A stretch of 64,000 bases of DNA from the IMG/VR virus record IMGVR_UViG_3300027800_000004, positions 1-64,000 of that record. One strand, given 5' to 3'. This document shows positions 37,832 through 48,363 of this stretch, piece after piece. Position 1 is the stretch's first letter, and each line of letters starts with the position of its first letter. The notes beneath the pieces were generated by a model. That model was not told where the DNA came from, made no database searches, and worked only from the letters and a program-made list of their open reading frames with translations. The position numbers and the translations under genes were made by a program. This DNA is from a virus.

Positions 37832-39196
37832 TTATAATAATCCCCCATCTACTATGATCCAAAGATCATCCGCTATAAGAGACGCTCTTGCCGCTTGGCC
37901 ACCTCCTGCGACTGAATACTTACTAGCAATTTGAAATGTTAATGAGTTTGCAACATCTCCTGCTGCCCATGCAATAAGTGTTGCGTCATAATTAGTAGAA
38001 GTTCCTGGTAGATTAATATCAGATGTAACGGAAACTATGTTTGAGAGATTTGTTGCAGATGCAAGAGAAAATCCTGCCAATGACTGTTTAAAACTAGTGC
38101 AAAACCTAAGCATAGATGTAAAATCGGTCACTAGAGATGTATTAAAATGCAATACACTACCATTAAATAATGCACAAAACTGGAACATCCTATTCATATC
38201 GGTCACATGGGACGTATTTGGATTATCAATATAATTAGCTGTTAAATTAAGGCAGCCATTAAAAACTGAAACCGTTGTTGACCACTTAATATTCCCCCAT
38301 TGATCAAGACTAGTTGGCTTTGCACGGTCGGTTCCAGTTTCCGCATAAGCAAAACATGAAAGAGAACCCCTTATCTTCACCTGGTAGATTCCTGGTGCAG
38401 CATAAACATGTGTTTTTGTCCCTGTTGTGGTAAATGTTTCTTCACCGCCTCCAGCACCCCAGTCAATATAATAATTTCCTGCGTCTTTAGCGGTAACGGG
38501 TAAAATAAAGGTATTGTTTGCGCTACCAGGCAGAGCAGTGTTAATAGTCATCTTAAAATAGGTGTCAATGATATTGCTCTCAATACTTTCTATCACACCA
38601 TTATATGCTACTACATAGAAATAATATAACTCTCCTGCGGTTAATCCTGTGGCAGTATAAGTATTAACATTTGCGAGCGTAGTTCCTTTCTCAATATAAT
38701 TTAATCCACCATCCGTAGAGATGTAAATACGATAACCTGTTTCGCTTGAAGAAAGGTCTGTCCAAGATAAATCTACCTCCGTATCTCTATAAACTATGGC
38801 ATAAAGATCTATTGGTCCAAAGAAAGCTGTTACTGTAAAATTGACAAAACTAGATGCCTGATCTCCAGAAATATTTTTAATGGGATTTAAAGCCGGCCTA
38901 GTATAACTAACTGAGATAACACCTACATCACTAAATGGAACTGTTGTAGTAAGTGTAACTACTGCACCGAGAATGTTAACACTCCCAATGGTTTTTCCGG
39001 CAATAACAAATGCCGTTGTTGCAGGTATGCTTGTTATATCAAGAATCTGATCAAAAGTTATATTAACTTTATCTAAATCTGTATTGGCTATCTCAGCAGA
39101 TAAAGGATAAGGTCCTGATACAATAGTCCTATTGGCCTTTATGCGGCCACTTGATAGTATTCCCATTTCACTTATTCCTATTTGTTTGAGTCCCAT
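37832..39196 (-). CDS. Fibre/adhesin: SwmB-like repeat + FN3 + BspA/DUF285-type repeats
   Basis: ITFDQILD...VSYTRP...SF.NF.VT; VDLSWTDLSSSETGYRIYISTDGG (FN3); QWGNIKW, NTSHVTDMNRMF, NTSLVTDFTSM. Confidence 0.7.
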   Translation of the reverse strand: MGLKQIGISEMGILSSGRIKANRTIVSGPYPLSAEIANTDLDKVNITFDQILDITSIPATTAFVIAGKTIGSVNILGAVVTLTTTVPFSDVGVISVSYTRPALNPIKNISGDQASSFVNFTVTAFFGPIDLYAIVYRDTEVDLSWTDLSSSETGYRIYISTDGGLNYIEKGTTLANVNTYTATGLTAGELYYFYVVAYNGVIESIESNIIDTYFKMTINTALPGSANNTFILPVTAKDAGNYYIDWGAGGGEETFTTTGTKTHVYAAPGIYQVKIRGSLSCFAYAETGTDRAKPTSLDQWGNIKWSTTVSVFNGCLNLTANYIDNPNTSHVTDMNRMFQFCALFNGSVLHFNTSLVTDFTSMLRFCTSFKQSLAGFSLASATNLSNIVSVTSDINLPGTSTNYDATLIAWAAGDVANSLTFQIASKYSVAGGGQAARASLIADDLWIIVDGGLL

Positions 39197-39202
39197 GACC
39201 GG

Positions 39203-39529
39203 TTATTTTAAGAACCAGACCTTGAAGAGTCCCAATGTAGGGACCAGCTTTGTGTATCTACCTTCAAAGATGCAGTATTGAGGATATGTGTAACCGAGAT
39301 ATTTTGGGTTTACAACCCTAGATACGCCTGGTCTGCCGCCTTTTGCAATGACGTACTCCTCCTCCATCTCGTCCATCGTATCGCCATTCTCATCAAGACA
39401 CATAAATGCCGTGACTATTTTTCCAGTAAAATCGTGTGCTGCCGGGGAGATGATGTCCCATACTTCGGGTGTTCCTGCTCCTCCATTGCCTATTGCAACG
39501 TCATTTTTGTTTGTCTGAAAGCCACTCAT
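39203..39529 (-). CDS. Small virion structural protein (putative)
   Basis: 108 aa; first gene after a TATATTTG element at 39573-39566. Confidence 0.4.
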   Translation of the reverse strand: MSGFQTNKNDVAIGNGGAGTPEVWDIISPAAHDFTGKIVTAFMCLDENGDTMDEMEEEYVIAKGGRPGVSRVVNPKYLGYTYPQYCIFEGRYTKLVPTLGLFKVWFLK

Positions 39530-39635
39530 GGTAGTCTATTTTTTTGTTAAAGTTATAAAAAGCATCAAATATAAAGACAGCGGATGTGCTATTATCCGCT
39601 GCCAACAATTTCTATATGAAAGAACATGGTTGTAT

Positions 39636-40520
39636 TTATACAACCGCTTTCGCTCTCTTCGTTTTTCCAATAAGATCCACTGTCTCCTGAAATTCCTTGT
39701 TTCCCATGTAGTAATCATACATGGCATCGTTGGGATCCGCTGACGGAGGAACCTTTATTATCTTGGTGGCCTTCTTGCCTTCCTCAAGCCAGAGCCATTC
39801 CTTCTTCACCACATCGTATTTAAGGTATCCCTTATCAACGATCTCCTGTATCTTTCCCCTGATGACGATCAGTTCTTCCATATTCGTCATCTCCATGAAC
39901 TTCTGATGACCGTGTTGCGGGTCACGCATGACCTGGTGTTCTATGGCCATCTTTACCTGGGCAAAGGTGAGGTTATCAACATTCTTGATGAAATAGGCTT
40001 TGGCCAGTGCCCTTAATCTCTCTTCTGAAAGTCCAAAGTCTTTGTTCCAGATCATTGTCTTTACACCTGAGATCAGGGATTCTCTTTCTGCCTTTCTCTC
40101 TGCATCCGTGATCAGGTCCTCAAACATGAACTTGATAGTTTTGCCCTGGTTCTCTCCACCCTTGCAATACTGTGACTTGGTGTAAAGGAACCACACCAAC
40201 TCGATATCCGTTTCCTCAAACGGTCTGCGGCCATTAAAACGAAAGTTCTTTGGTGTATATTTTTTCAGTCCGTGTTCTTTGATGATCACGTTCTCTGCAT
40301 ATCTCCACTGATCTGTGCCTAACTTTGTCTTGACTGTTGCTGTCAACGGCCAGGACATTGAGTTTGGTTTATCCGGGAGTTTATTCTGCTTTGATCTGCT
40401 CGGAACAATACGTTCCGGAGGGTAGATAATTGTCAACGGCCACTTTCCATGAAAGCGTTCATTGATTGTTTTCACATCTGTTGGTGCCAACTTGTACGGT
40501 TCTTCATTCTTGTATAACAT
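39636..40520 (-). CDS. Conserved crAss-like protein downstream of MCP (gene 75-like)
   Basis: Synteny; start moved from 40577 to ATG 40520 (MLYKNEEPY) because the longer start runs through the MCP terminator. Confidence 0.6.
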   Translation of the reverse strand: MLYKNEEPYKLAPTDVKTINERFHGKWPLTIIYPPERIVPSRSKQNKLPDKPNSMSWPLTATVKTKLGTDQWRYAENVIIKEHGLKKYTPKNFRFNGRRPFEETDIELVWFLYTKSQYCKGGENQGKTIKFMFEDLITDAERKAERESLISGVKTMIWNKDFGLSEERLRALAKAYFIKNVDNLTFAQVKMAIEHQVMRDPQHGHQKFMEMTNMEELIVIRGKIQEIVDKGYLKYDVVKKEWLWLEEGKKATKIIKVPPSADPNDAMYDYYMGNKEFQETVDLIGKTKRAKAVV

Positions 40521-40547
40521 AGCCTTTAAGTATTGGTTTAAAAAATC

Positions 40548-40582
40548 AAAAAGGAGAGAGGTTTTTAAGCCTCTCACCTTTT
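40548..40582 (-). terminator. Intrinsic terminator after the major capsid gene
   Basis: AAAAGG(A)GAGAGG-loop-CCTCTC(A)CCTTTT inverted repeat with a U-tract on the minus strand. Confidence 0.7.
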
Positions 40583-40591
40583 ATGTTAAAG

Positions 40592-41965
40592 TTAGACTTC
40601 CATCAAAACGAACTGGTTGCCTCCACGGAAATGCGCTCCAATATGCGCACGCATGTAGGTGTACCTGCTGTCAAACTCAGTTACCTTCAGTCCTTCACCG
40701 GCACCGCCAACCTGCCAGACTTCCATCCTGCGGTTGTACTTGCCAAGGCCACGATAGCGGCATCCAATAGATGACACCATGTTGCCAGATACAGGATCCT
40801 TACGTTTGTTGATAGGCATCCAGATACCCATTCTCGGAGCCTCATAACCTGTGGCACCGTAAAGTTTTGGGTTATTGAATACGCCCATCCTCTTCATAAG
40901 GAACGTCCTCTCGGACTTCGTGAGGTAGGTGAAGTTCACTGAAGCACTCAGAGCTTCGTTGTTGTTGAAAAGAACACTGTTGGTGGCCTGTTTCGTATAA
41001 TTGATATTGGTGTTTGCGAAATACGTTACAAGTCCATTCTCAATGTCCTGATGGAGAGATATACCCAAAAGACCAAGGATGTAGTTTCCTGCATGTTCAC
41101 GGTCCAGGGTATTATCCATTTCATCAAATTCGTCAACATCAAATGCTCCTTGAGCATAGGTCTGCTCGTTCCCTACTCGTCTGATGTAAGGAATCATACC
41201 TTCAGTGGTCTTTATTGGCCGGCCCGTGTCCGGGTCTATCAGTCCTGCGTTGGTAGTGATCTTGTTCCACAGCAATGCTCCGTCAATTTTCAGAGCCATG
41301 CGATAGTCAATATCTACCTGTCCAAGAAAATAGTATGCAGGGATAGCCTGTCCACGACTGGTCACGTTGAACCATGTCTGGTTGACCATTTCTGTTCCGG
41401 TGTAACCGATGGTTTCCTTGATGATCTGAGCCACGTTGTCATACCTCCAAACGCCACGAATGGCACCATCTGGCTGACCTGACCCTTCTGACCATGCATC
41501 TGTGAAAATCACAAGTTCTTCACCTGCGGCAAGAGCCGGGAACTGGTCTGATACCTCGTTAGGCTCAACGGTAAGAACCGGTGCGCCAGGAACGGTAGTG
41601 TCAATGTCAATGATCGAACCCGGAACTTCATTTGGGAATAGGATCTGATCCCAAAGTCTTGGATAGAAGTTATTATTCACATCAAGGTCCTGTGCATCCA
41701 GGGTGAAGGAGATAGGATCTCCTACAGCCGGTTGTACAACGGGATCAAGGACATGTATAATCTCATGTATCCTGTTCTCTTCCCAATGTCCGTATTCGTC
41801 AAGTGATACCTGTTCCTCAAATCCCATTGATCTGAGTAACTGGAAATACGATGCTCCCTGATCGCCAAAGCGACTGAAAAGCACGTTCAGATTCTCCGGT
41901 TTATGAATATCAAATCCGGATACAATGTCTGAGGCATATATTTGTGCGATTGCTTCTGGTCCCAT
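40592..41965 (-). CDS. Major capsid protein (crAss-like, HK97 fold)
   Basis: 457 aa; HWEENRIH, WSEGSGQP, NVAQIIKE, TTEGMIPYI, FNNP; follows portal and scaffold; followed by a terminator. Confidence 0.85.
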   Translation of the reverse strand: MGPEAIAQIYASDIVSGFDIHKPENLNVLFSRFGDQGASYFQLLRSMGFEEQVSLDEYGHWEENRIHEIIHVLDPVVQPAVGDPISFTLDAQDLDVNNNFYPRLWDQILFPNEVPGSIIDIDTTVPGAPVLTVEPNEVSDQFPALAAGEELVIFTDAWSEGSGQPDGAIRGVWRYDNVAQIIKETIGYTGTEMVNQTWFNVTSRGQAIPAYYFLGQVDIDYRMALKIDGALLWNKITTNAGLIDPDTGRPIKTTEGMIPYIRRVGNEQTYAQGAFDVDEFDEMDNTLDREHAGNYILGLLGISLHQDIENGLVTYFANTNINYTKQATNSVLFNNNEALSASVNFTYLTKSERTFLMKRMGVFNNPKLYGATGYEAPRMGIWMPINKRKDPVSGNMVSSIGCRYRGLGKYNRRMEVWQVGGAGEGLKVTEFDSRYTYMRAHIGAHFRGGNQFVLMEV

Positions 41966-42015
41966 TTTATAGGATGTTAATTGTTAAACATAAATATTTG
42001 CCTCTCACTCTACTG

Positions 42016-43161
42016 TTATCTCCGGTCCATCTCAGCCTGGAATGCCTTCTTCTTGGCCTCTTCTTCTTCGTTTATGTCTCCACGATCTACGAGAGGCTGA
42101 TCATCACCGCCCAATTTTGATGGGTTGTGATAATACTTTAAACTTTCCTCTTTTGTCAGACTTCTTGCCTTCTCAAAAATAGCATGATTGGCAAGTGCTT
42201 CATTTCTGGCCTTGATTTCAGAATACATAAATCTTGCTATTATGTCAATGTTTTTCTCATTAGCTTCCATCTGGTTGCTGATAGCAAAATCCAATGCGTC
42301 TTTCTGAACGGCCTTTAATGTTTCAGGGGGTACAACAAAGTTTATAATAGGTTCTTTGCTGTTCGGCAGGAAATAGGGTATCGTAGATAACTTCTCTCCC
42401 ATTGCCTTGTTTGCCCTGTCCCAGATAGTGTTTGCCTGGGTAGTCTGTTCTGGAGTCCATTGAATGATCTTTGGCTGCTCTGGTTCCGGTTCGGGGATAG
42501 TCAATTTCCCCTTTAATGCTAGAAGCATTGCTTTAGCCTTGGCTCCCTCTTGGGCAAGGCCAATTTTGTTTACTTCCAGATCTTCTTCGTCCACTTGTGA
42601 AGGATCCACATTATAGGTTTTCTCTATATGCTTGCGAAGTTGTGGCTCCTTTACTATGAGTTCCGGGTTTTCCAACTGTCTTGCCAGGATAATTGCGTTC
42701 ATGTAGTCCATGTTCGCAATGTCAGATCCGTGCAAGCGGTTGAATACATCAAAACTCTTGATGCCTGTCGTTCTTACAAACTCGTTGAACAAAGCCACAT
42801 CATCGTTTGCAAAGTTCGATTTCGGTTTTGTCGCAAGTTTGCCGGAGAGATCGTTCTTCTCTGCGGTAAGTGCGTCAACCTGTTGTCTCAACTGGTCGGC
42901 CTCTTTAAGTCTTTCAGGAATATTGATTTTTTTCAACTCTTCAACTGATGAAAACTGATCACCGAAAATCTCTTTCAGTATGCCAGTCGCATCAGCCGGG
43001 GGTGCTGCTTCGCTCTTGGGTGGTACCGGCGGTTGTGCCGGTGGTTGAGGTGGTGCCGGTTCTCCGGCAATTTGCCGCATGATATCCTCTGGATCCACGC
43101 CCTCAATACCTTTTAACGCATCTAATTCTGCTTCTCTGCCTTGTAATCCTGGTTTTGTCAT
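42016..43161 (-). CDS. Putative scaffolding protein
   Basis: 381 aa, Pro-rich and acidic/helical; between portal and MCP. Confidence 0.6.
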   Translation of the reverse strand: MTKPGLQGREAELDALKGIEGVDPEDIMRQIAGEPAPPQPPAQPPVPPKSEAAPPADATGILKEIFGDQFSSVEELKKINIPERLKEADQLRQQVDALTAEKNDLSGKLATKPKSNFANDDVALFNEFVRTTGIKSFDVFNRLHGSDIANMDYMNAIILARQLENPELIVKEPQLRKHIEKTYNVDPSQVDEEDLEVNKIGLAQEGAKAKAMLLALKGKLTIPEPEPEQPKIIQWTPEQTTQANTIWDRANKAMGEKLSTIPYFLPNSKEPIINFVVPPETLKAVQKDALDFAISNQMEANEKNIDIIARFMYSEIKARNEALANHAIFEKARSLTKEESLKYYHNPSKLGGDDQPLVDRGDINEEEEAKKKAFQAEMDRR

Positions 43162-43178
43162 AGCAATGAGTTTAGTTA

Positions 43179-43186
43179 CAAATATA
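43179..43186 (-). promoter_or_regulatory. TAnnTTTG (-7) promoter element before scaffold/MCP
   Basis: TATATTTG in the intergenic gap. Confidence 0.5.
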
Positions 43187-43191
43187 GTTTA

Positions 43192-45498
43192 TTATGCCGA
43201 TTGTGCTACTGGTGCCTGTGATGCTACTGCAGTCTTTTCGATGGCGTTCATCGTTGACTGAAGAGCAATCTTTTCTTTCTCCCTGGTGTGATTCAGACCT
43301 GCGTATTTCTCTTCCAATTCTTTTAACGCAGTCTCAAACCTAATCTTTTCGTCAGTCTCAAACCTAATCTTTTCAAGTTCACCCTTCTGCTTTGACTGTA
43401 TGCCTTCCAATTCTCTTTGCTTGTCCAGCATCATATTTTCTCGCTGAAGCTGCAACTGCTGTTCTTTATTTTTTGTACTCCGATAGTTGAGAAATGCTTC
43501 TGCATATTTGAGATTTCCGTTCTCAAGTAATCTCTCTATAAGCAAAAAGTCAGGTAACTCGATTCCTTTGTTGCCATCCCTGTCAGTTGCCATAGCCGCT
43601 ATCGCTGCCTGGCGAATGGTTTCTTTTCGTTTCTCGGTAGGTTTGGCCTCGTACTTGATATAGTAATTGGCATCAACGACATCGGCTCCAACACTGATGA
43701 TCTGTACTCCGGCCCTGCCCAGAACCGGTACATAGCCATCGTATGCCTTCTTGTTGTGCTTTATGAGTAACTGCATACGAAGACATACATTCTTTGCCAC
43801 CCTCTCTTTTGTCGTGATATAAGCGTTATAGATAGGCCGTAAGGCATTGTTTGTAGCAGCAATAGCCAGTTCTGATCCGCCAACGGATTGTTCCGGATTC
43901 GGATTAGACGCATCTGCGACTTGGTTGACACCTGTTACCTCCCTGATGAAGTTGATATACAGGTCAAAGATCTTAATAAACTCATCAAGCTGCTGGCCCA
44001 GACCTCCACTGAGTTCCTGAATAGGCCGGTAGCCTCCCGGTATGTTTGGCTGACCCTTGTGGGTCGTGGCTTTGTAGAGTAAGTCTCCACTCTGCTTCCG
44101 GATCTTCAATATTTCCAAAGGCTCCATCTTGTTACCGCCAAGTTTCATATTCTGAAGGGCGGTGTATTCGATAGAGATACCGGGAGGGGCGGCCATCGCC
44201 AGCGCATTTTGCAGCTTAATGTGAGCCAGTGCTATCTGGTGCAAGCACGGCTCGGCAGACATAACGATTGACTTATCTGGTCTTTTATAGAAATGATAGG
44301 ATAATGCTACCTCTTTACCCTCTGGCCTGGGTATGTCGTGTTGTAGGCCGAAATCATACATAACGTCTGTTCCAATAACCCACTTAGCCTTGTAAACGAC
44401 ATGAATATCATAGACATTTGTTTTCTTCTTCTCTGTGTCTCTGACCATTCCCCAATCTTCTTCATAAGTAAGATCTTCGCCATATTGTGTTTTCCTGGTA
44501 GTCCAGTATTCGCTATTGACTGACTTCCATTCAAAATCCAGGACATCAATTTTGAAATTACCCCATTTATAAGTAGCATCCTCGCAAGAAACACCTATGT
44601 CAAGATCGCTGAGAGTAATGTTACCATTAATCCCGTTGTATTGTTTTGCCAGTTTATTAATAACTGTCCGGTCAACACTTGGATCCTGCTTAATGATCGT
44701 TTCTACGGTTTCCTGCACAATCTCCCCGGCATATCTCATGTTCCTGTGATCGTAGGAACTGGAATACTGGCCTACAAACATGGCGGGATCCACGTACCTG
44801 GTCTTTACCTTTCCAACATAGTTGTCCGTATAGTCTTTTACACAAATGGCGTTGAATGTAACCATGTCACGGACCATCTTCATCTTTGTCTGTTTCCAAT
44901 CGGAGATGTAAAAGGTATAATCAAGACCCTCTTCCATCTCTGTCTCCCGGCTCAACTTAAAGCCTCCCATGCTTGTGTAGAGATCCAGTTCCTCAACACT
45001 CTCCGGCATAAACTTCTTTCTTTTTTCCAGGCCCAGGCCGGCTTCGATCTCATTCACCATATCTGCAAACTGCATGTCAAATGCGGTACGCAACTTCTGT
45101 TCTTCTTTTTCCTTGCTGCTTTTTGGGTCAACGGCTGTGGCTACAACCTGATGCTCTGTCTGCTCCATCATGCCCTCGATCACGCGCATGAACTTTGGCA
45201 TTACTGAGAATACGTCAAAGTCCACGTTCATGTATCCTTCCATAGCACCATCTTCCTCACTCTCATCCAGAAGGATCTTTTGATACTTCAAAACATTCTG
45301 GTTGCCGTTGGCTAGGTCACGGAGTTCCTGTATCTCTTTAAGTCTGTTGTAGGGAATACATGTGAGGTTTTTCAACCATTGCGAGACAATGGCCTCGGCC
45401 CATTTTTTTGCCCAACTCTTCCCCTTCTTTTTCGGATTAATATTATCGTCTGGGAACGGATATGAGCCTGTGCTATACTGGTCGTATGGTACTACCAT
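43192..45498 (-). CDS. Portal protein (crAss-like)
   Basis: 768 aa; MPKFMRVIEG, TRYVDPA, YAGEI, QIALAHIKLQN, IREVTGVN; follows TerL. Confidence 0.9.
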   Translation of the reverse strand: MVVPYDQYSTGSYPFPDDNINPKKKGKSWAKKWAEAIVSQWLKNLTCIPYNRLKEIQELRDLANGNQNVLKYQKILLDESEEDGAMEGYMNVDFDVFSVMPKFMRVIEGMMEQTEHQVVATAVDPKSSKEKEEQKLRTAFDMQFADMVNEIEAGLGLEKRKKFMPESVEELDLYTSMGGFKLSRETEMEEGLDYTFYISDWKQTKMKMVRDMVTFNAICVKDYTDNYVGKVKTRYVDPAMFVGQYSSSYDHRNMRYAGEIVQETVETIIKQDPSVDRTVINKLAKQYNGINGNITLSDLDIGVSCEDATYKWGNFKIDVLDFEWKSVNSEYWTTRKTQYGEDLTYEEDWGMVRDTEKKKTNVYDIHVVYKAKWVIGTDVMYDFGLQHDIPRPEGKEVALSYHFYKRPDKSIVMSAEPCLHQIALAHIKLQNALAMAAPPGISIEYTALQNMKLGGNKMEPLEILKIRKQSGDLLYKATTHKGQPNIPGGYRPIQELSGGLGQQLDEFIKIFDLYINFIREVTGVNQVADASNPNPEQSVGGSELAIAATNNALRPIYNAYITTKERVAKNVCLRMQLLIKHNKKAYDGYVPVLGRAGVQIISVGADVVDANYYIKYEAKPTEKRKETIRQAAIAAMATDRDGNKGIELPDFLLIERLLENGNLKYAEAFLNYRSTKNKEQQLQLQRENMMLDKQRELEGIQSKQKGELEKIRFETDEKIRFETALKELEEKYAGLNHTREKEKIALQSTMNAIEKTAVASQAPVAQSA

Positions 45499-45526
45499 TC
45501 TTAAAAATTTTTATAAAGTTAGATTT

Positions 45527-47767
45527 TTATTTCGGCTTGTAATATCTTTTCTTGATGTAAGCGTCTATCTCGTATTCCTGTTCATCCAACTTCGCCATCT
45601 CATCATAGATGCCGTGTGTGCCAAGCAACGCATATCCGCCTGCCGTAAACAGGTCATAGTTAGTCATATCTTCCGGCCCCTCAATGTCTCTACATTCTTC
45701 CAGGACTTCGATATGTTTTTCCGTATCTGCCTCGTTCTCTATCCAGGTCATCCATTCGGTGAAGATATCCTGTTTGATCTTTTCGCTGGTCTGCCCTCCG
45801 GGTGTCTTGCCAAACTCAAAGGTTTTTGGATCCACTTTGTAGAGCAAGTATCCACCATATCCTCTTTCATCAAAATAATCCCAGAGAAACGGTACGTTTA
45901 TTTCCGGAAACATCTGTACTCCGTAATAGACGCACATCTTTATCATGTCCTCGCCATATTCATTCTTGTCAAATGTCCTGTTGGCATAGGTACATGCGAA
46001 GTTGCGCCTCAGACTGAAATCGCCATCCTTAAGTTTTCCTTTCTTAACAACGGCACCGCCACCCTTTGATTTGCGGTTCCCCTCTGTCTTATTGAACTTA
46101 AACGGGTCCCCTCCGGCCACACCCCATTGAGTGTTCCCTGGCATCCATGTCTCTTCGTCCTCGCTCCAATATTTGCGATTTGCCTCTCTCTCTTCAAGTT
46201 GGTGGCTTACAACGAATTTTCCAGTAGGCTTTAGACGAAAAACGACATCCGAATCTCTTTTGTTATCCTTCCACTCAAAATCTCCCCTGGTTGTCATTGC
46301 ACGGCTGAATGACAGGTCATCAATGTATGTCTCCAACTTATTCATATTGAATCCGGATGACTTTGCTGCTGTGCGGAAACACTCTGCAAACCTTATCGGG
46401 TATAGCCGGATCTCTTCCGAAAGACCTTCCTGGTCTCCGGCATCTATATAACCTTTCCTTCGGTTTAGAAGATATTCTCTGGCTCCGATCTTATGTCCGA
46501 TATACTCTGCCTGGCGTTTATTTGGTGTTCCGACAACACTCATCCCATACTCGTCAATGAATCCCTGTAACCCATCGTCCGCAGGAATGAATAAGACTGC
46601 CAGTCCGGATCTCGTTTGCCCGTTTGGAGTCCTGATGTAGTAATCACTCATCATGCACTGATGTTTGAATACACGGCCACCACCACGCTCCATCTCGCCA
46701 ACGGTTGAGGTTTTTATAGTATATCCAATGATCTCAGATCCCATGACCAGACACTCTTTGACAACCGTGTGCCGGTCCCAACACGACAGACCTTTCTTTA
46801 ATTTACCAACCTCGTCATCGTGATGGAAGTACAGTTTATCTCCGTCATAGGCTGACGGATCGGCCATTTCGTAGTTTATGCCAGACTCAAGACCCAGTTC
46901 TGATGTTGACAATGCTCCCCGGCTTGACAATCTCTTTGCCGGTGGAGAGAAGGATAGTTCTGATTTTGGAGAGGTAGATCCTTCATAGTTAGGTTTGAAG
47001 AAGAATGGCAGTTTTTTCCAGGGTCCTACAAGGTGTCTCAGGAAGCATTTGCGGGACTGTTCATCATTCATGGATTGGATGCCTCCCCAGGCTCCCATCG
47101 TGCGACTGATGATCTCGTAGTTGATACACTCGGCCTTATATGTGGCTCCTTCCCTACGGTGTTTGGGATAATTGAACCCGTAAAACAATCTTTTGCCAAA
47201 CTCTATCCACTCATATTCCCCGGCATTGTTCTTTACCGCAAACCCCTTTCCATCGCATCTGGGTGCTTTTGTCTCATTAAAGATCTTTCGTGCAAATAAG
47301 AAGAACCTGCGGTCTCTGTCCCTGTATTTTGGCAGTCCAACGTCAATGTTCCACCACGCGCAATAGAAATAGTGCCATCCATCTATGTATGTCGGCACCC
47401 CGTTGTTAAAGAACCAGTATCCATTGAGCCTGTAATACCAGGATTTTTTCATAAACTCTATCTCATGCTCGTAGATATCCTTGTTATTCTCTATCTCGGC
47501 CCAGATCTCGTCAAGGGTTTCATATTTTATCTGAAGTTCCTTGAGTTTTTTTGACAGTCTTGGCGGTTGCCATTTCTGTTCTGCAGCCGGTAGGCCAAAT
47601 CCGTCTATCAGATGATAGTCCGGTGCTTCAGGAAGATCTATTTTTATCGGGATAAGATCTTTGTCATCCTTATTTACCCATACAAATCTGTCCGCATAGT
47701 CATACTGCGCCAATATTGTTGGATTAACCTCTCTGCCATATCTCTTTAAGAGTTGTAGTGGCCCCAT
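45527..47767 (-). CDS. terL: Terminase large subunit
   Basis: 746 aa; GYWFFNNG.PTYIDGWHYFY, PKHRREGAT (Walker A-like), HDDEVGK, STVGEM, GGDPF nuclease motif. Confidence 0.92.
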   Translation of the reverse strand: MGPLQLLKRYGREVNPTILAQYDYADRFVWVNKDDKDLIPIKIDLPEAPDYHLIDGFGLPAAEQKWQPPRLSKKLKELQIKYETLDEIWAEIENNKDIYEHEIEFMKKSWYYRLNGYWFFNNGVPTYIDGWHYFYCAWWNIDVGLPKYRDRDRRFFLFARKIFNETKAPRCDGKGFAVKNNAGEYEWIEFGKRLFYGFNYPKHRREGATYKAECINYEIISRTMGAWGGIQSMNDEQSRKCFLRHLVGPWKKLPFFFKPNYEGSTSPKSELSFSPPAKRLSSRGALSTSELGLESGINYEMADPSAYDGDKLYFHHDDEVGKLKKGLSCWDRHTVVKECLVMGSEIIGYTIKTSTVGEMERGGGRVFKHQCMMSDYYIRTPNGQTRSGLAVLFIPADDGLQGFIDEYGMSVVGTPNKRQAEYIGHKIGAREYLLNRRKGYIDAGDQEGLSEEIRLYPIRFAECFRTAAKSSGFNMNKLETYIDDLSFSRAMTTRGDFEWKDNKRDSDVVFRLKPTGKFVVSHQLEEREANRKYWSEDEETWMPGNTQWGVAGGDPFKFNKTEGNRKSKGGGAVVKKGKLKDGDFSLRRNFACTYANRTFDKNEYGEDMIKMCVYYGVQMFPEINVPFLWDYFDERGYGGYLLYKVDPKTFEFGKTPGGQTSEKIKQDIFTEWMTWIENEADTEKHIEVLEECRDIEGPEDMTNYDLFTAGGYALLGTHGIYDEMAKLDEQEYEIDAYIKKRYYKPK

Positions 47768-47769
47768 GA

Positions 47770-48363
47770 CTAGTTATGGACAAAAAGTGGTTTCTCTATA
47801 TGGATAATCTTCAATGCCATTTTTCTGCATAATGCACCACATTCTACGGCAAATGTACCATCTGCCGAGTGGTTTGTGTTTTTAAAGCCAATCTTCTTTG
47901 CAATATCCAATCTGGTTATAAAGGATCCCATGTCAATGTAGTCTATTCTTAACTGTGACTGAAGGACTCCGTACTGAAGATATGAATGAAGGGTGTCGCA
48001 AAAGACAAGTCCTACACGGGTAGTACAGAGCCTCAGCATCATCTCTACAAATTTCGGAACATAATAGTTGTCATCATTGGTTATGAGAAGATAGTCTGAG
48101 TGGTTGAATGGCAGTTTTTTTAACTGCAAGTCTCTGTTAGGATGGCCAAAGCTGCCATTTACAGATGGCGTTTCTATAAAAGTTATCCTTTTATCCTGTT
48201 CATATTCGCGCATGTATATTATCATTTCATCCGGTGCCGGTCCGTCATGAACGACATACAATCTCCATCGCGGATCTGTCTGAAGCTGCAAACTGGTTAT
48301 GAGAATACGCAAAGGCAATGTCCTTTGATAAACCGTGCAGATTATATGTAAAATGCCGGTCAT
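47770..48363 (-). CDS. Glycosyltransferase, GT-A/family 2-like
   Basis: IICTVYQR, VVHDGP, GHPNR, ITNDDNYYVP (DxD-like), IDMGSF, ADG.F, FVHN. Confidence 0.8.
   Translation of the reverse strand: MTGILHIICTVYQRTLPLRILITSLQLQTDPRWRLYVVHDGPAPDEMIIYMREYEQDKRITFIETPSVNGSFGHPNRDLQLKKLPFNHSDYLLITNDDNYYVPKFVEMMLRLCTTRVGLVFCDTLHSYLQYGVLQSQLRIDYIDMGSFITRLDIAKKIGFKNTNHSADGTFAVECGALCRKMALKIIHIEKPLFVHN

Noticed and set aside
40521-40577. N-terminal extension of the 313-aa ORF
   Set aside because: Overlaps the MCP terminator hairpin; ATG 40520 is the more plausible start.
43329-43374. 22-bp direct repeat in the portal gene
   Set aside because: In-frame 24-nt duplication (EKIRFET x2) in a coiled-coil tail; ordinary slippage.
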